A DNA stretch of 64,000 nucleotides from Verrucomicrobiales bacterium. Lineage in GTDB: Bacteria; Verrucomicrobiota; Verrucomicrobiia; Verrucomicrobiales; V1-33. The translations under genes were made by a program, and so were the position numbers. Below are positions 10,697 through 21,103 of this stretch, piece after piece. The DNA is taken from NCBI GenBank assembly GCA_031411295.1, contig JANOAV010000033.1, forward strand, positions 22,246 through 86,245, read 5' to 3'. How positions within the stretch are numbered: position 1 is the stretch's first letter; each line of letters begins with the position of its first letter. The notes under the pieces are model-generated. The model worked only from the letters and a program-made list of their open reading frames with translations. It had not been told where the DNA came from and did no database searches.

Positions 10697-13567
10697 CTAT
10701 TGATGGAGTCCACTCATCACTTTCTTCACCAGTTCGATAAACTCTCCACGCAAGCCGTGCGGATCATTGCCGCGGGCGGATTCGGCTTGTTCCTGGATCA
10801 TTCCGGCGTTGCGTCCTTCCGGACGTTTGCCCCGCAGGCGTTCGCCAAACTCCGCCACCGCCGAAGCGAATTTGAAATCGCTGGAGGCTGCGACTAACGT
10901 TTGGCCAGCATCCGTGTGTGGAACTTCCAGTAGCTTGGACTCTGTGGCATCGGGTTCTTTGTAGCGGAGTTTTACGGTTAGCGTTTCTGGGCTGGAGATT
11001 ACCTTTGGTGCAGGTGATGGATCCGTATTAACGACGGGGGATTGTCCCTTTTGATACTTCAGGTCATCTGCTGGCTGCTGTGGTTCATCCACGCCGGGTG
11101 GGATCACTTCGTATAAGGCAGTGACGCAGTGGCCGGCTCCGATGTCTCCTGCGTCCACTTTGTCGTTCGCGAAATCTTCCTTCTTCAGCATGCGGTTATC
11201 GTAACCCACGAGGCGATACGATCCCACTTTGTCAGGATTGAATTCCACTTGGAGTTTCACGTCCTTGGCCACGGTCATGAGGGTGCCGAAGAGTTCGTCT
11301 TTGAAAATCTTCTTCCCTTCTTTCTCGCTGTCCACGTAATGGTAAACACCGTTTCCTTTGTCGGTAATGGATTCCAGCATGGCATCGTTCAGGTTCCCCC
11401 GGCCATAGCCACACACGGTTAGGAAAACGCCACCCGCAGCCTTTTCTTTCACCAGATTCACCAAGGCATCGTTGGAGGTGGTGCCTACATTGAAATCACC
11501 ATCCGTGCAGAGCACCACGCGATTAATCCCGCCTTTCACAAAGCGTTCCTGCGCCATTTGATAGGCCCGTGTGATACCGGCCCCGCCGTTCGTGCTGCCG
11601 CCAGAGGAAAGGTTGCTCAGCGCTTTGAGGATCGTTTCCTTGTTGCCTCCAGAAGTCGGCGGAAGGGCCACACCTTGGTTCCCGGCATAGACCACGATGC
11701 CCACGGTATCGTCGGCATTGAGTTCGCTCGTCAGCATCTTGAGGTTTTCCACCAGCAACGGAAGTTTGTCCGGGCTGTTCATGGAGCCACTGACATCGCA
11801 CAGGAAAACCAGGTTAGCAGACGGGCGTTTCTCTTTGGCAATCTCCTTGGCCTTCAACCCAATCTTCACCAACCGATGCGTCGGAGCCCACGGACACGAG
11901 GCCGTTTCCACATTCACCGAGAAAGGATGCGCGCCCTCGGGCTGTGGATAGTCGTAGGTGAAATAATTCACCATTTCCTCAATCCGCACCGCCGCCGGAG
12001 GCACCGCTCGCCCTTCCTGAATCATCCGCCGCAGATTGGCATAGCTGGCCGTGTCCACATCCACACTGAAGGTGGAAAGCGGAGCCTTTAGTGGGGAAAG
12101 GAATGGGTTCTCAATGGCTGGGTTGTATCTGTCGGCGGTGGATCGGAGATCAGTCCGATTGGTCGGATCGGTCGGATTAGATTGTTCAGAATAGTCCCAC
12201 GCATAACCGCTCTGGGATGCCAAGAGTTCTTTCCCAGACTGACTCATCGGTTTCCCATCTACTTCTGCGCGGGACTTATTGCGGAATCTTGGATCAGAAG
12301 AGGAAGTTGCCCTACCTATAAAGCCATTCCCATTTCCCGGACCAACGCCACGGCCCATTCCGTCTCCCAGCATCCCGCCTCTGCCTTTCCCTCGCAGCCC
12401 ACCTTCGCCCCCACCGATTCCTCCGCTGCTGGGCATTGCAAAACCTGAAATTGAGGAGTCAACCTTTGCTAATTCCTGGGGAGGCTGATTGGGAAGGGAT
12501 GAGGTGGCAGTGCCGACGCCACTTCCTGGCACATTTCGAGGGCTCGGTGAATATCCGCCGCCCGTCGTGCCATGAGGAACAGTCGTTTCCCAGATCTCAT
12601 CAACATTTCGTAACATGTGTGCCCGGGTGTGATCACGGGCAGAGGCCACGTAATTGTCGATTTCATGTTCTGTCTTCTCAAGTTGCCGGCGGGCCGCTTC
12701 ATTGTGAGGATCAATCGCCAAAATCTTGTTAAATGACGATTCGGCTTCATTAAATTGCCCAAGATCGAAGTAGACTAACCCTTCTTTGAGTAAACTAGCA
12801 ATTTCTTTTCCGTTCTTGTCATACCGTGCGGCAATATTAGGATCGTAATAGTCAGGATCATCCAGCCGCTTCAGCAAAGTCTTGGCCGCTGCGTTGTCCT
12901 GATCCACATCCGCAACGAGAACACGCTTCAAGAGGATCTTTCCTTCGTCTAATCGACCCTGCTTGCCTAGCTTATCCGCCTCCTTGATGCACGCGTTGGA
13001 GAATTTGGAAATTATTCTGCCTCGATCCACCGCCGAAATGGGAGCATTAGGAATCACGGATAAGGCTTGGTGAAAATGTCTTACCGCGCCCTCATAATCA
13101 CCATCAACTAGCAACCGATCACCTTCAGCCTCAGTCTTGCGAGCCAACTCGATCCGCTGAAGTCGCGCGATCACTTCCGACTCGGCAATAGAATGACTTG
13201 GGTCCACCACTGGAACACGTTCTGAGGTGATTGGGCTTGGCGATTGTGCGGCTGTTAATTCTTGGCTCAGAATGACAGTCGGTTTCCTGTCCCGCCACAC
13301 CAACATCCCCACCGCACAAGCCGCAGCAGAGCCTGCCAGGCCCCATTTCCACCAGCGATGGCTTGGCTTTTTGGGTCCGATTGGTTCGGCTAGCGGAATT
13401 GCTGATGAATTACTGGCCGCGGTGTCCAATGCGGTCTCCAGGGCGCTGAGGAAGGCTTCGTCGTCGGTGGTTTGGTGGCTGGCGAATTCGTGGAGCAGGC
13501 CGTGCATGGCGCGGTCTTGGCCGGGTGTTAGGTCGGCGGTGGGTTCGGATTGATTGGAAGGTTTCAT
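10697..13567 (-). CDS. YfbK-like vWA domain protein with an N-terminal transmembrane helix and TPR region; putative ECF anti-sigma or partner
   Basis: STFSVDVDTASY, DVSGSM (MIDAS), TDGDFNVG and YRLVGYDNR..KEDF.NDKVDAGDIG motifs; directly downstream of an ECF sigma factor. Confidence 0.85.
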   Translation of the reverse strand: MKPSNQSEPTADLTPGQDRAMHGLLHEFASHQTTDDEAFLSALETALDTAASNSSAIPLAEPIGPKKPSHRWWKWGLAGSAAACAVGMLVWRDRKPTVILSQELTAAQSPSPITSERVPVVDPSHSIAESEVIARLQRIELARKTEAEGDRLLVDGDYEGAVRHFHQALSVIPNAPISAVDRGRIISKFSNACIKEADKLGKQGRLDEGKILLKRVLVADVDQDNAAAKTLLKRLDDPDYYDPNIAARYDKNGKEIASLLKEGLVYFDLGQFNEAESSFNKILAIDPHNEAARRQLEKTEHEIDNYVASARDHTRAHMLRNVDEIWETTVPHGTTGGGYSPSPRNVPGSGVGTATSSLPNQPPQELAKVDSSISGFAMPSSGGIGGGEGGLRGKGRGGMLGDGMGRGVGPGNGNGFIGRATSSSDPRFRNKSRAEVDGKPMSQSGKELLASQSGYAWDYSEQSNPTDPTNRTDLRSTADRYNPAIENPFLSPLKAPLSTFSVDVDTASYANLRRMIQEGRAVPPAAVRIEEMVNYFTYDYPQPEGAHPFSVNVETASCPWAPTHRLVKIGLKAKEIAKEKRPSANLVFLCDVSGSMNSPDKLPLLVENLKMLTSELNADDTVGIVVYAGNQGVALPPTSGGNKETILKALSNLSSGGSTNGGAGITRAYQMAQERFVKGGINRVVLCTDGDFNVGTTSNDALVNLVKEKAAGGVFLTVCGYGRGNLNDAMLESITDKGNGVYHYVDSEKEGKKIFKDELFGTLMTVAKDVKLQVEFNPDKVGSYRLVGYDNRMLKKEDFANDKVDAGDIGAGHCVTALYEVIPPGVDEPQQPADDLKYQKGQSPVVNTDPSPAPKVISSPETLTVKLRYKEPDATESKLLEVPHTDAGQTLVAASSDFKFASAVAEFGERLRGKRPEGRNAGMIQEQAESARGNDPHGLRGEFIELVKKVMSGLHQ

Positions 13568-13627
13568 TTGGGAAATTGGGTTGGAATGTGGTAGATTTAG
13601 GTCGGGGCGGGCCGCCCCGACTCCCTT

Positions 13628-14254
13628 TTAGCAGGCAGGCTGGGCGTTGGTTTTCAGTTCGATGCAGCGGCGGAGGGCGGTGCGGGCACGTTCGAGTCGT
13701 TTGCGGATAGAGTCCTCGCTGGCACCGAGTTTGGTGGCGGTTTCGGCTCCGGTCTTCTCTTGGAAATAGAAGGTCTCCACAGTGGTCTTCAGGGTTTCCG
13801 GAAGTTTTGCCACGCAGTCTTCCAGCGCGATGAAGATGGCGTTGCCAGAGCCACTGCGCTCTGCGGCTTCCTGCCACACGGCGTGTTGCGCCTCCAAGGC
13901 CTCCAGCACCGCGTCATCCAGCGTTTCCAGTTTCCGCTCACGCGCCATTTCGCGCCAGCGATTCCGGATAATTCCACGGACCCAGGATGGAAAATTCCGC
14001 GTGACATCGAACTTCGCCAGGCTCTTGAAAGCAATCACTAACGCGTCCTGCGTTAAGTCTCGGGAGGAGGCATCGTCCCGCACTAACGCCCGGGCATACG
14101 CCAGGAATTGCCGATGATGCTGGCGCACCAGAATGGTAAACGCCACGCGATCCGTGGCAGGGTTAATGATTTCCGCAGCGGGAGCAGCGGAGACGTGGTT
14201 GCACTCTGCCGGGTGAGTTTCCTCGCAAATAGGATCGGTTAGAGTGGGGTTCAT
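13628..14254 (-). CDS. ECF-type RNA polymerase sigma factor
   Basis: Region 2 (DLTQDAL...FPSWVRGIIRN) and region 4 (C..KLP...FY...ETA..LG.S...IRKRL.RAR..LRRC). The start codon is uncertain. Confidence 0.88.
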   Translation of the reverse strand: MNPTLTDPICEETHPAECNHVSAAPAAEIINPATDRVAFTILVRQHHRQFLAYARALVRDDASSRDLTQDALVIAFKSLAKFDVTRNFPSWVRGIIRNRWREMARERKLETLDDAVLEALEAQHAVWQEAAERSGSGNAIFIALEDCVAKLPETLKTTVETFYFQEKTGAETATKLGASEDSIRKRLERARTALRRCIELKTNAQPAC

Positions 14255-14531
14255 GGGTATTGCGTGAAGTGTCATAATGTTCACGTCTGAGAGTTGCGGT
14301 TTCTTAGGGCAATTGTGACATAAATCTTTTGCCGCAGTCATTTTCCTGCTCCCGAACCGAAGATGGAATTTTGAACAGAAGATTGGAAGGAAAGGCAGAC
14401 GGTTCGGAATTTGAGGGTGCGGAACTAAGCATTGGAGGCAGTTTTTGCTAGCAATCCCCTTAATATCAACCTTTTGGCGGTTGCCACTTCATCCGGTGGT
14501 TGACCGCCCAGTCGGACAAACTTCCAACTTG

Positions 14532-16325
14532 CTAAGCCGGCACGGCATCACCAGTCGGACGATGGACGAACCACCAACTGGCCAGCGCCACTCCAAGAAT
14601 TACGAGCACCGCCAGACGCCAGTAGCTATCCTCCCGCCCCAGGCGTTCAATTAAGGCGGCTTTCGTGCCGATCAAATCATTGCGCGACCCGGCTTTGGAG
14701 AAGTCCGCTTCCCGCGTGTCGGCAAAATGGCTGGAGCCGCGCAGGAGTTCGTGCTTGCCCTGCATCACTTTGAATTCGCCAGCGGTGGCGGGAGCTTGGA
14801 TCAGACCGACCTGGCGTGTCGGGAAATTTTTCGTTTGTTCTCCGGCGGTAGTTTGCCAGATCAATTTCAATTCCGCTGCCTTCTCATCCTGGTTGCAGGC
14901 CAACTTCAGACGTTCGCCATTCTCACAATTACGCACTTCATGGAGGGGTAATTTCCCCCGCACCTCTTCCATGAACCGATGCAGCATAACGACGAACGCT
15001 GGCAGCTTGTGGGCATTGGCGAAGCGCAGATCGAAGTTGATGAACAACTGCTGCGCCATGCCTTCGCCCCGCAGGAAGAGCAGACTGCGTTCCCCCTGCC
15101 AGAGCAGGCCGACGTCCGTCTTGCGTTGGGGAATGCGGGTGGCATCCAGACAGAGCAGACTCTGCCAGTTCAGCCCGGTCACTAACGGATGGGCTTCGGC
15201 TAAAATTTCTCCCGATAGCATCGGCAACTCCTTCCGTGAATCGCGCGTGAGCACGATGGCAGGCTTCGTGGGCAGCACCGGTTTGAAAGGATCATATGCG
15301 GACATCTCCACGTTGGCGGTGGCGGCATCATTCGTTAGAACAACATCATCAATGCTGCCCAGCAGTTGCTGATACAACTTCAGTTCCACCGGAGTCAAAG
15401 CACTGGCGGGCGGCAAAATCACACTGAGCTGCTTTGGTTCCGGGCGTTGCAGCGGCAGGGAATCATCGACCGTGAAGGCATCCGACTCCGTGCGCAGCGT
15501 GAGACTGGGAACGTTCGGCGGGAACAATCCTTGTATCGCCTCAGCCTGTCCGGCAGGCAGCGTCACTGCTTGCGGAGTAAATTTCTGCCCTGGCACATCC
15601 ACCCACCAGGTGCGCTTTTGCTCTTTGCTGGAGTAATTCTTCAGGGTGGCTTTCCATAGCAACTGACCGTCCTTCACTTCCGTGCTCACCCCGGCAAACC
15701 CCACGTTATCCAACGCACTCCCGACCGCCAGCACCTTGGCTCCAAACGGAAGTTTCTCCAACGGCTGATCGGTGACGAACACCACCAGCCCGTCCTTATC
15801 CGCCAAACTGCGCGCCAGCCTCAGGGCGGCTGTGACATCATGGGCTCCGCCATGGGGCATCCAAGCCATCAGGGCTTTCTCCACTTCGCTCAGCTGAGTT
15901 CCGTAGTAAATATTTTCCTGTTCCAGCAATGAGTCCAAGACGATGTATTCCGAGGTATTCACCAGCGTGGCCAAGCGCGCCAATTCCGTGGGGAGTTTTT
16001 TCTGTAATTCCGGCTGGAATGCCTGCATGGAAATGGATCCGTCCAGCACCACCACCACGCGCTGAATCATGGATTTCTCCACCCACCGTGGTTGCACGAG
16101 CAACCAGGTGAACAGCACTGCCATCAACAACTGCAACCACAACGGCACCGATGGCCGTAGTCGCTCGATCCTTTGTCCGCTCAAGCTTTCCCGCTGCATC
16201 TGATCCAGCAGGAACAGCGTGGATATGGGCAGCACCACCGCTTTCCGTTGCAGGAAATGGATCGCCAGAATGGCGGGAATGGCCAGCAATGCCCAGAACC
16301 CCGCTGGATTATTGAAAGTCAGCAT
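14532..16325 (-). CDS. BatA N-terminal / vWA domain membrane protein
   Basis: N-terminal F.NPAGFWALLAIPAIL.IHFL; LDGSISM MIDAS-like motif; C-terminal transmembrane helix. Confidence 0.8.
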   Translation of the reverse strand: MLTFNNPAGFWALLAIPAILAIHFLQRKAVVLPISTLFLLDQMQRESLSGQRIERLRPSVPLWLQLLMAVLFTWLLVQPRWVEKSMIQRVVVVLDGSISMQAFQPELQKKLPTELARLATLVNTSEYIVLDSLLEQENIYYGTQLSEVEKALMAWMPHGGAHDVTAALRLARSLADKDGLVVFVTDQPLEKLPFGAKVLAVGSALDNVGFAGVSTEVKDGQLLWKATLKNYSSKEQKRTWWVDVPGQKFTPQAVTLPAGQAEAIQGLFPPNVPSLTLRTESDAFTVDDSLPLQRPEPKQLSVILPPASALTPVELKLYQQLLGSIDDVVLTNDAATANVEMSAYDPFKPVLPTKPAIVLTRDSRKELPMLSGEILAEAHPLVTGLNWQSLLCLDATRIPQRKTDVGLLWQGERSLLFLRGEGMAQQLFINFDLRFANAHKLPAFVVMLHRFMEEVRGKLPLHEVRNCENGERLKLACNQDEKAAELKLIWQTTAGEQTKNFPTRQVGLIQAPATAGEFKVMQGKHELLRGSSHFADTREADFSKAGSRNDLIGTKAALIERLGREDSYWRLAVLVILGVALASWWFVHRPTGDAVPA

Positions 16326-16400
16326 ATGGTTAGATCATGGGCGAAATTACCCCGAATGCCAAGGGAATCTTCAACACGACTCGCCAGACAGGACGTGGAA

Positions 16401-17615
16401 TCAATCCAGCCCCGGCACCGCCATAAGGCGCAACAATTCCTGGGCACAAGCCGCAGAGAATGCGGGATCGTTGATGGTGGCGTCGATTTCGTGATACGGA
16501 ATATCCGGGCGCAGATGCTGTTTCAAGGCGGAGAACAAGGCTGCATCTGCCGCCGGATCATGGAAGGGCTGCCCCTCTGCGGCTATGATACTGATGCCAC
16601 GCAGGGGCACTAACACGCTGACGGGTCCCGTGCTGGCGTTAGCCTTGGCAGCCAGAATTTTGCCCAACTCCGCGCACTCTGTCGCATTGGTGCGCATGAG
16701 GGTCACTTGCGGATTGTGGTGGTAGAAATTTCGTCCGGCAAATTTGGCGGGCACGGTCTGAGGTTCACCGAAATTAGCCATGTCCAGACATCCCGGGGTG
16801 ATGATAGCCGGAATCCCGCCCTTGGCTGCCGCATCCAACCTCGTGGGGCCTGCAGAGAGGGTGGCTCCGACAAGTTCGTCCGCCCATTCCGTGGTCGTGA
16901 TGTCCAACACCCCGGAGACCAGGCCGCTTTCGATGAGTGCCTCCATGGCCCGTCCGCCAGTGCCAGTGGCGTGAAATACCAACACTTCAAAGCCCGCAGT
17001 TTCCAGGATGGCTTTGGCATCATTGACGCAGGTAGTGGTGTTCCCGAACATGCTCGCCACGATGATCGGACGGTCCGCGCCATGCTCGGTCTGACTTCCA
17101 GCCACAGCCGCACTAACCATGCCACAGATGGCTCCCGCCGCATTGCGGAAAATGGTGCGGGAAACGCGGTTGAGCCCGGCGACATCAACGATGGAAGGCA
17201 TCATGGTGATGTCCTTGGTGCCCACGTAATGCGCCACATTGCCGCTGACTAACGTGGATACCATCAGTTTGGGAAATCCAATCGGCAAGCCCCGCATGGC
17301 CGAAGTGCCAATGGCCGTGCCGCCGCCACCGCCAAGGGAAATGATGCCGTGAATCTTACCGTTTGCCGCCAACTGCGCCACGAATCCTGGAACCGCTTGC
17401 GCCATGGCCGCCACCCGCTGCCCCCGATCCTCCGGGAGTTCCGCCAACGTGGGGCACACCGTTTCCCGACGGAGGTCCGGCACGACCTGGGGTGGCTCCA
17501 AGCACCCCACATCAATCAGCAGCGGGGTGTGCCCCTGCCGTTTAATTTCTTCAGCGACGAACGCATGTTCGTGACCCTTCGAGTCGAGCGTGCCTAGCAC
17601 TGCGATGGTGGCCAT
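16401..17615 (-). CDS. Tm-1-like ATP-binding domain protein (UPF0261)
   Basis: GTLDSKG.E, GGGGGT, MFGNTT, FHATGTGG and HNPQVTLMRT motifs. Confidence 0.88.
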   Translation of the reverse strand: MATIAVLGTLDSKGHEHAFVAEEIKRQGHTPLLIDVGCLEPPQVVPDLRRETVCPTLAELPEDRGQRVAAMAQAVPGFVAQLAANGKIHGIISLGGGGGTAIGTSAMRGLPIGFPKLMVSTLVSGNVAHYVGTKDITMMPSIVDVAGLNRVSRTIFRNAAGAICGMVSAAVAGSQTEHGADRPIIVASMFGNTTTCVNDAKAILETAGFEVLVFHATGTGGRAMEALIESGLVSGVLDITTTEWADELVGATLSAGPTRLDAAAKGGIPAIITPGCLDMANFGEPQTVPAKFAGRNFYHHNPQVTLMRTNATECAELGKILAAKANASTGPVSVLVPLRGISIIAAEGQPFHDPAADAALFSALKQHLRPDIPYHEIDATINDPAFSAACAQELLRLMAVPGLD

Positions 17616-17627
17616 GAGGTTGGAGGC

Positions 17628-18500
17628 TTAAGATTTGCGGCCGACCGGAATTTGCTTGAACCGCTGCGTCAACTGTTGCAGCGAGCCTTCGACGGCCAAG
17701 CGTTCCAGACTGGAGGCTCCCACGAAGCCCACGGCATCAGTGTGCTGATTGATAAAAGCGGCATCTTCAGGCGTGCAAATCGGCCCCCCGTGGCTTAGGA
17801 AAATAATGTCTTTCCGCCCGGTAGACCGTCCCGCATCGATCAACTGCTGCGTCCATTTTGCCGCTTCATCCAAGGAGACCGTCGCATTGGTCACCCCGAT
17901 GGATCCACCAATGGTCGTGCCGACATGGGCAATGATGGCATCGGCCCCGGCCTCAGCCATGGCTTTGGCTTCTTCTGGAGAACTGACATACACGACTGTA
18001 AACAGGTCCATCCGCCGCGCCAGAGCCACCATTTCGAACTCCTTCTTCACACTCATACCGGTCTCCTCCAGGATCTCGCGGAACTTACCGTCGATGATGC
18101 AGTGCGTCGGGAAATTGTTCACCCCACTGAAGCCCATTTCTTTGACTTGCCCCAGCCAGTGCCACATGCGGCGGCGTGGGTCGGTGGCATGCACCCCGCA
18201 GATCACCGGGCACTCTTCCACTACGGGGAGGACTTCGTATTCTCCGATTTCCATGGCGATGGCGTTGGCATCTCCGTAGCTCATGAGGCCAGCCGTGGAG
18301 CCATGGCCGCTCATGCGAAAGCGACCACTGTTGTAAATAATGATCAAATCCGCTCCGCCCTTCTCAATAAATTTGGCGCTAATGCCCGTGCCAGCTCCGG
18401 CGGCAATAATCGGCTCGCCCCGCTTCAGCGTGGCTTGCAGGCGTTCGATCACTTCTGCGCGCGTGTAGGGATTTCCTTTTCCAGTCCAGGGATTCGGCAT
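17628..18500 (-). CDS. TIM-barrel protein of the PEP hydrolase-like family (Tm-1 C-terminal homolog)
   Basis: AGAGTGISAK, YNSGRFRM.G, NFPT, HGGPI and GASSLERL motifs. Confidence 0.88.
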   Translation of the reverse strand: MPNPWTGKGNPYTRAEVIERLQATLKRGEPIIAAGAGTGISAKFIEKGGADLIIIYNSGRFRMSGHGSTAGLMSYGDANAIAMEIGEYEVLPVVEECPVICGVHATDPRRRMWHWLGQVKEMGFSGVNNFPTHCIIDGKFREILEETGMSVKKEFEMVALARRMDLFTVVYVSSPEEAKAMAEAGADAIIAHVGTTIGGSIGVTNATVSLDEAAKWTQQLIDAGRSTGRKDIIFLSHGGPICTPEDAAFINQHTDAVGFVGASSLERLAVEGSLQQLTQRFKQIPVGRKS

Positions 18501-18599
18501 GATATGTTAAGTGGGTAGGTAATTAAAAAATTGGAAAATGAGGAAAGTTTAGGGGCTAATTTTGCCCTGATTTTTAAACTCTCTGACTCCCTTACTCTC

Positions 18600-19010
18600 T
18601 CAATAAGCAATCGGAGGCAAGAGGGAACACCAAGGCTCCTCATTAAAGACGTCCACGGTAAATTCTCCCTCCGCTTGGGATGGAGCCAGAATCGCCAGAA
18701 ACTTCAACGGCACGGTCCCGGCATTCCGCGTAGCGTGGGGCAGGTTGGCGGGAATGTGCGCCATTTCGCCTGCTCCCAGCAGTCGCTTTTCCTCCCCCAC
18801 CCATTGCTCGGCCGTGCCTTCAAGCACATAGATGATTTCCTCCCGCGCAGGATGTTTGTGGAAGTTATGTTGCTCCCCGGGCGGAAATTCGGCTCGGACT
18901 AGCAGCAATTGCTGGGCCCCGGTGAGCGCCTCATTGGACATCCACTCGACATGACACCACGGGAAATCCCCATGCTCCACCTCTGACTGCGTGATAAATC
19001 GATTCGACAT
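18600..19010 (-). CDS. Cupin domain protein
   Basis: HNFHKHP.REEIIYVLEG...IP.NLPH cupin motifs; the likely ATG is at 19010. Confidence 0.85.
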   Translation of the reverse strand: MSNRFITQSEVEHGDFPWCHVEWMSNEALTGAQQLLLVRAEFPPGEQHNFHKHPAREEIIYVLEGTAEQWVGEEKRLLGAGEMAHIPANLPHATRNAGTVPLKFLAILAPSQAEGEFTVDVFNEEPWCSLLPPIAY

Positions 19011-19383
19011 GGGGCGGAGTTTCCCAAATTCCGTCCTATCGTCAAGCCTGGACTTTGCCAGAACAGCTGCGGGCCAAAGACGTAGAGGCCTCCGGTCCTG
19101 CTCTTCCTCAGGCAACCGCACTGGGCTGCAAGCCCCCGCCACATTTCCTGCATTATCCTGATGGGATAACAAACTGCGCTAAACCATAACCATGCTTGTG
19201 TGCGGGGCTTCGAAAGCCCCGCTCCCTGAGCGTGCAAAGTCCAGCCTGAGGCCCTTATTTCGCTGGGGCCTCGGCGGAAGCTGCGGGGTATGGCGAGGGA
19301 AAGGCTTTGGAAACGGTCTTGTTGGCGTTCAATTTTCTGAAGCCCTTCATAATTCTTACTTACTAGGTTTTGCGCAGGGCGGA

Positions 19384-20145
19384 CTATTTCCCCAGCTTCC
19401 GCACTTTGATATTCCGGTAGCGCACGAATTGCTTGGTGTAGTCCCCGCCCCCGTGAACTTGCAGCGCAATGCCACCGCTGGCTTGGTGCCGGACCTCCTT
19501 TTCGGTCCATTCCATGATTTTCACATCGTTAATGTAGGTGGTGATATGCGGGGGATTGTTCTCAATGCTGGCGCGAAAGGTGTTCCAGGTGCCGTGTTTC
19601 CAGAACTTAGCCCAGTCGGCAGGCTGCACTGGCAGCGGCACGGGTGGTTCTCCGGTGTTCTTGGCTTCGATCTCATCCGGGGTGCTTTTGAAATTGTAAT
19701 TCCTAACATGCGGCTTCCCGCCCAGGCCCTCGCCATAGATGCCCATGAGGTTGCCGCCGCCATGATAGTCGATCATGGCCTGCCAAGCCTTGCCATCCTC
19801 CGTGCTGCGCAAAAACAAGCCACTGTCCGGGCCAAAATCATTGTTCATCTCCACGGAAACTTCAAAATCAGTATAGGCTTCATCCGTGATGATCAGCCCG
19901 CCATTGCCAGGAATGTCCTGGCTGCCAGTGATCGCACCATCCTTCACTTCCCACTTGCCGCCCGTGGTGTGCTTGGAGGCCCCGCTATGCCCTGACTTGG
20001 TAGAGACGTGCCAGCCTTTCAAGCTGGTGCCATCAAAGATCGACACCCAACCGTCCTTGGCTGGAGCCGTTTTCTCTTGAGCGATGACCATCGCAGCACC
20101 TGTAAGAGCAGCGACAACAGTGGTGGTTAGGAAGAGTTTTCTCAT
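19384..20145 (-). CDS. DUF1080 family secreted protein (3-keto-disaccharide hydrolase-like)
   Basis: Signal peptide; IFDGTSLKGW, DSGLFLR, WNTF and G.IALQVH...YRNIKVR motifs. Confidence 0.88.
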   Translation of the reverse strand: MRKLFLTTTVVAALTGAAMVIAQEKTAPAKDGWVSIFDGTSLKGWHVSTKSGHSGASKHTTGGKWEVKDGAITGSQDIPGNGGLIITDEAYTDFEVSVEMNNDFGPDSGLFLRSTEDGKAWQAMIDYHGGGNLMGIYGEGLGGKPHVRNYNFKSTPDEIEAKNTGEPPVPLPVQPADWAKFWKHGTWNTFRASIENNPPHITTYINDVKIMEWTEKEVRHQASGGIALQVHGGGDYTKQFVRYRNIKVRKLGK

Positions 20146-20489
20146 GCGCCAGTATGGGTTTCACACGCAGAGCCCACAAGTAATCATTCGCGGATGCCAT
20201 GCCGACCGAACAGCGGATTTTTGCACGGAGGTGGAAACGCGCTGCTGCGAGTGTCTGAAAGGGGAAGTCCAATGACGCGCAGCAGCGCGTCACTACCGCA
20301 TGATCTGTTAATAATCAAAAACTTACACCGTGCAAAAATCCGCCCTGATGCCGACCGAGCGTCAGCTTCCAAAGTCACCAACGACACCGTGGGCGCCCAA
20401 CAGATCTTGCGCATCGTCGCCCGATCCGCGCGGATGATTGAACCCAAGGTTTACCCTTGAGAAATCCCGTCCCGGATGGATGCTGCGAG

Positions 20490-21103
20490 ATGAAAAGGCT
20501 CCTCCCCATGTTAATTTGCTGCGGGCTCTGCGCACTGCCCCAGCCTGCTCCAGGTCAGCGCACGGCACCCAGCCTCGCAGCCGAAACCGCGCCACAACCA
20601 CCTCCCACGGCCGGACAGAGCCGACAGGACAATGCGCTCAAAATGATGCTGCATTTTTGTCCCCCGGGAAATTTTCTCATGGGCAGTCCGGCGGAGGAAC
20701 CGGGGCGGGATGAATCCGAGGTGTCACACCATGTTACCCTAACGCAGGGATTTTGGATCGGAGAAACGGAGGTTACCCAAGGCCAGTGGCAGACGGTAAT
20801 GAAACTCAGTCTGCGGGATCAGGCCCGCAAAATGCTGGCGGATGAAACGCTGTATCCCTTTACGAGTGGGTTAGTGATTTCTCCGCCGTCGCTGGCACCG
20901 AGCCAGTGATTGATCCCTCAGGCCCCGCCGAAGGTAAGAATCACCTTTACCGCGGAGGTGCGTGGAATCACTACGCCACCATGTGTCGCGCTGCGAAAGC
21001 ATTCGAAGCTGCCCCAACCTATCGCGTGCATCATCTGGGATTTCGCGTGGCTTTAGTCCGCGTGACCACGCCAAGTGAAGCGAAGCCCACGCTGGGAAAT
21101 TAA
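20490..21103 (+). pseudogene. FGE/SUMF1 (formylglycine-generating enzyme) family gene with an internal deletion and frameshift
   Basis: The N-terminal part (PPGNFLMGS, H.VTLTQGFWIGETEVTQGQW) and the C-terminal part (YEWVSD...DPSGP...RGGAW...LGFRVA, from 20861) are in different frames. The central RLPTEAEWE/GLYDMxGN motifs are absent. Confidence 0.8.

Noticed and set aside
14292..14320. ECF autoregulatory promoter (TGTCACA-16-GCAACT, minus strand)
   Set aside because: Plausible, but it is a single instance with no second copy to support a consensus.
18501..18599. Purine-rich/pyrimidine-rich loose inverted repeat between the cupin and TIM-barrel genes
   Set aside because: The pairing is too imperfect to call a terminator or element.
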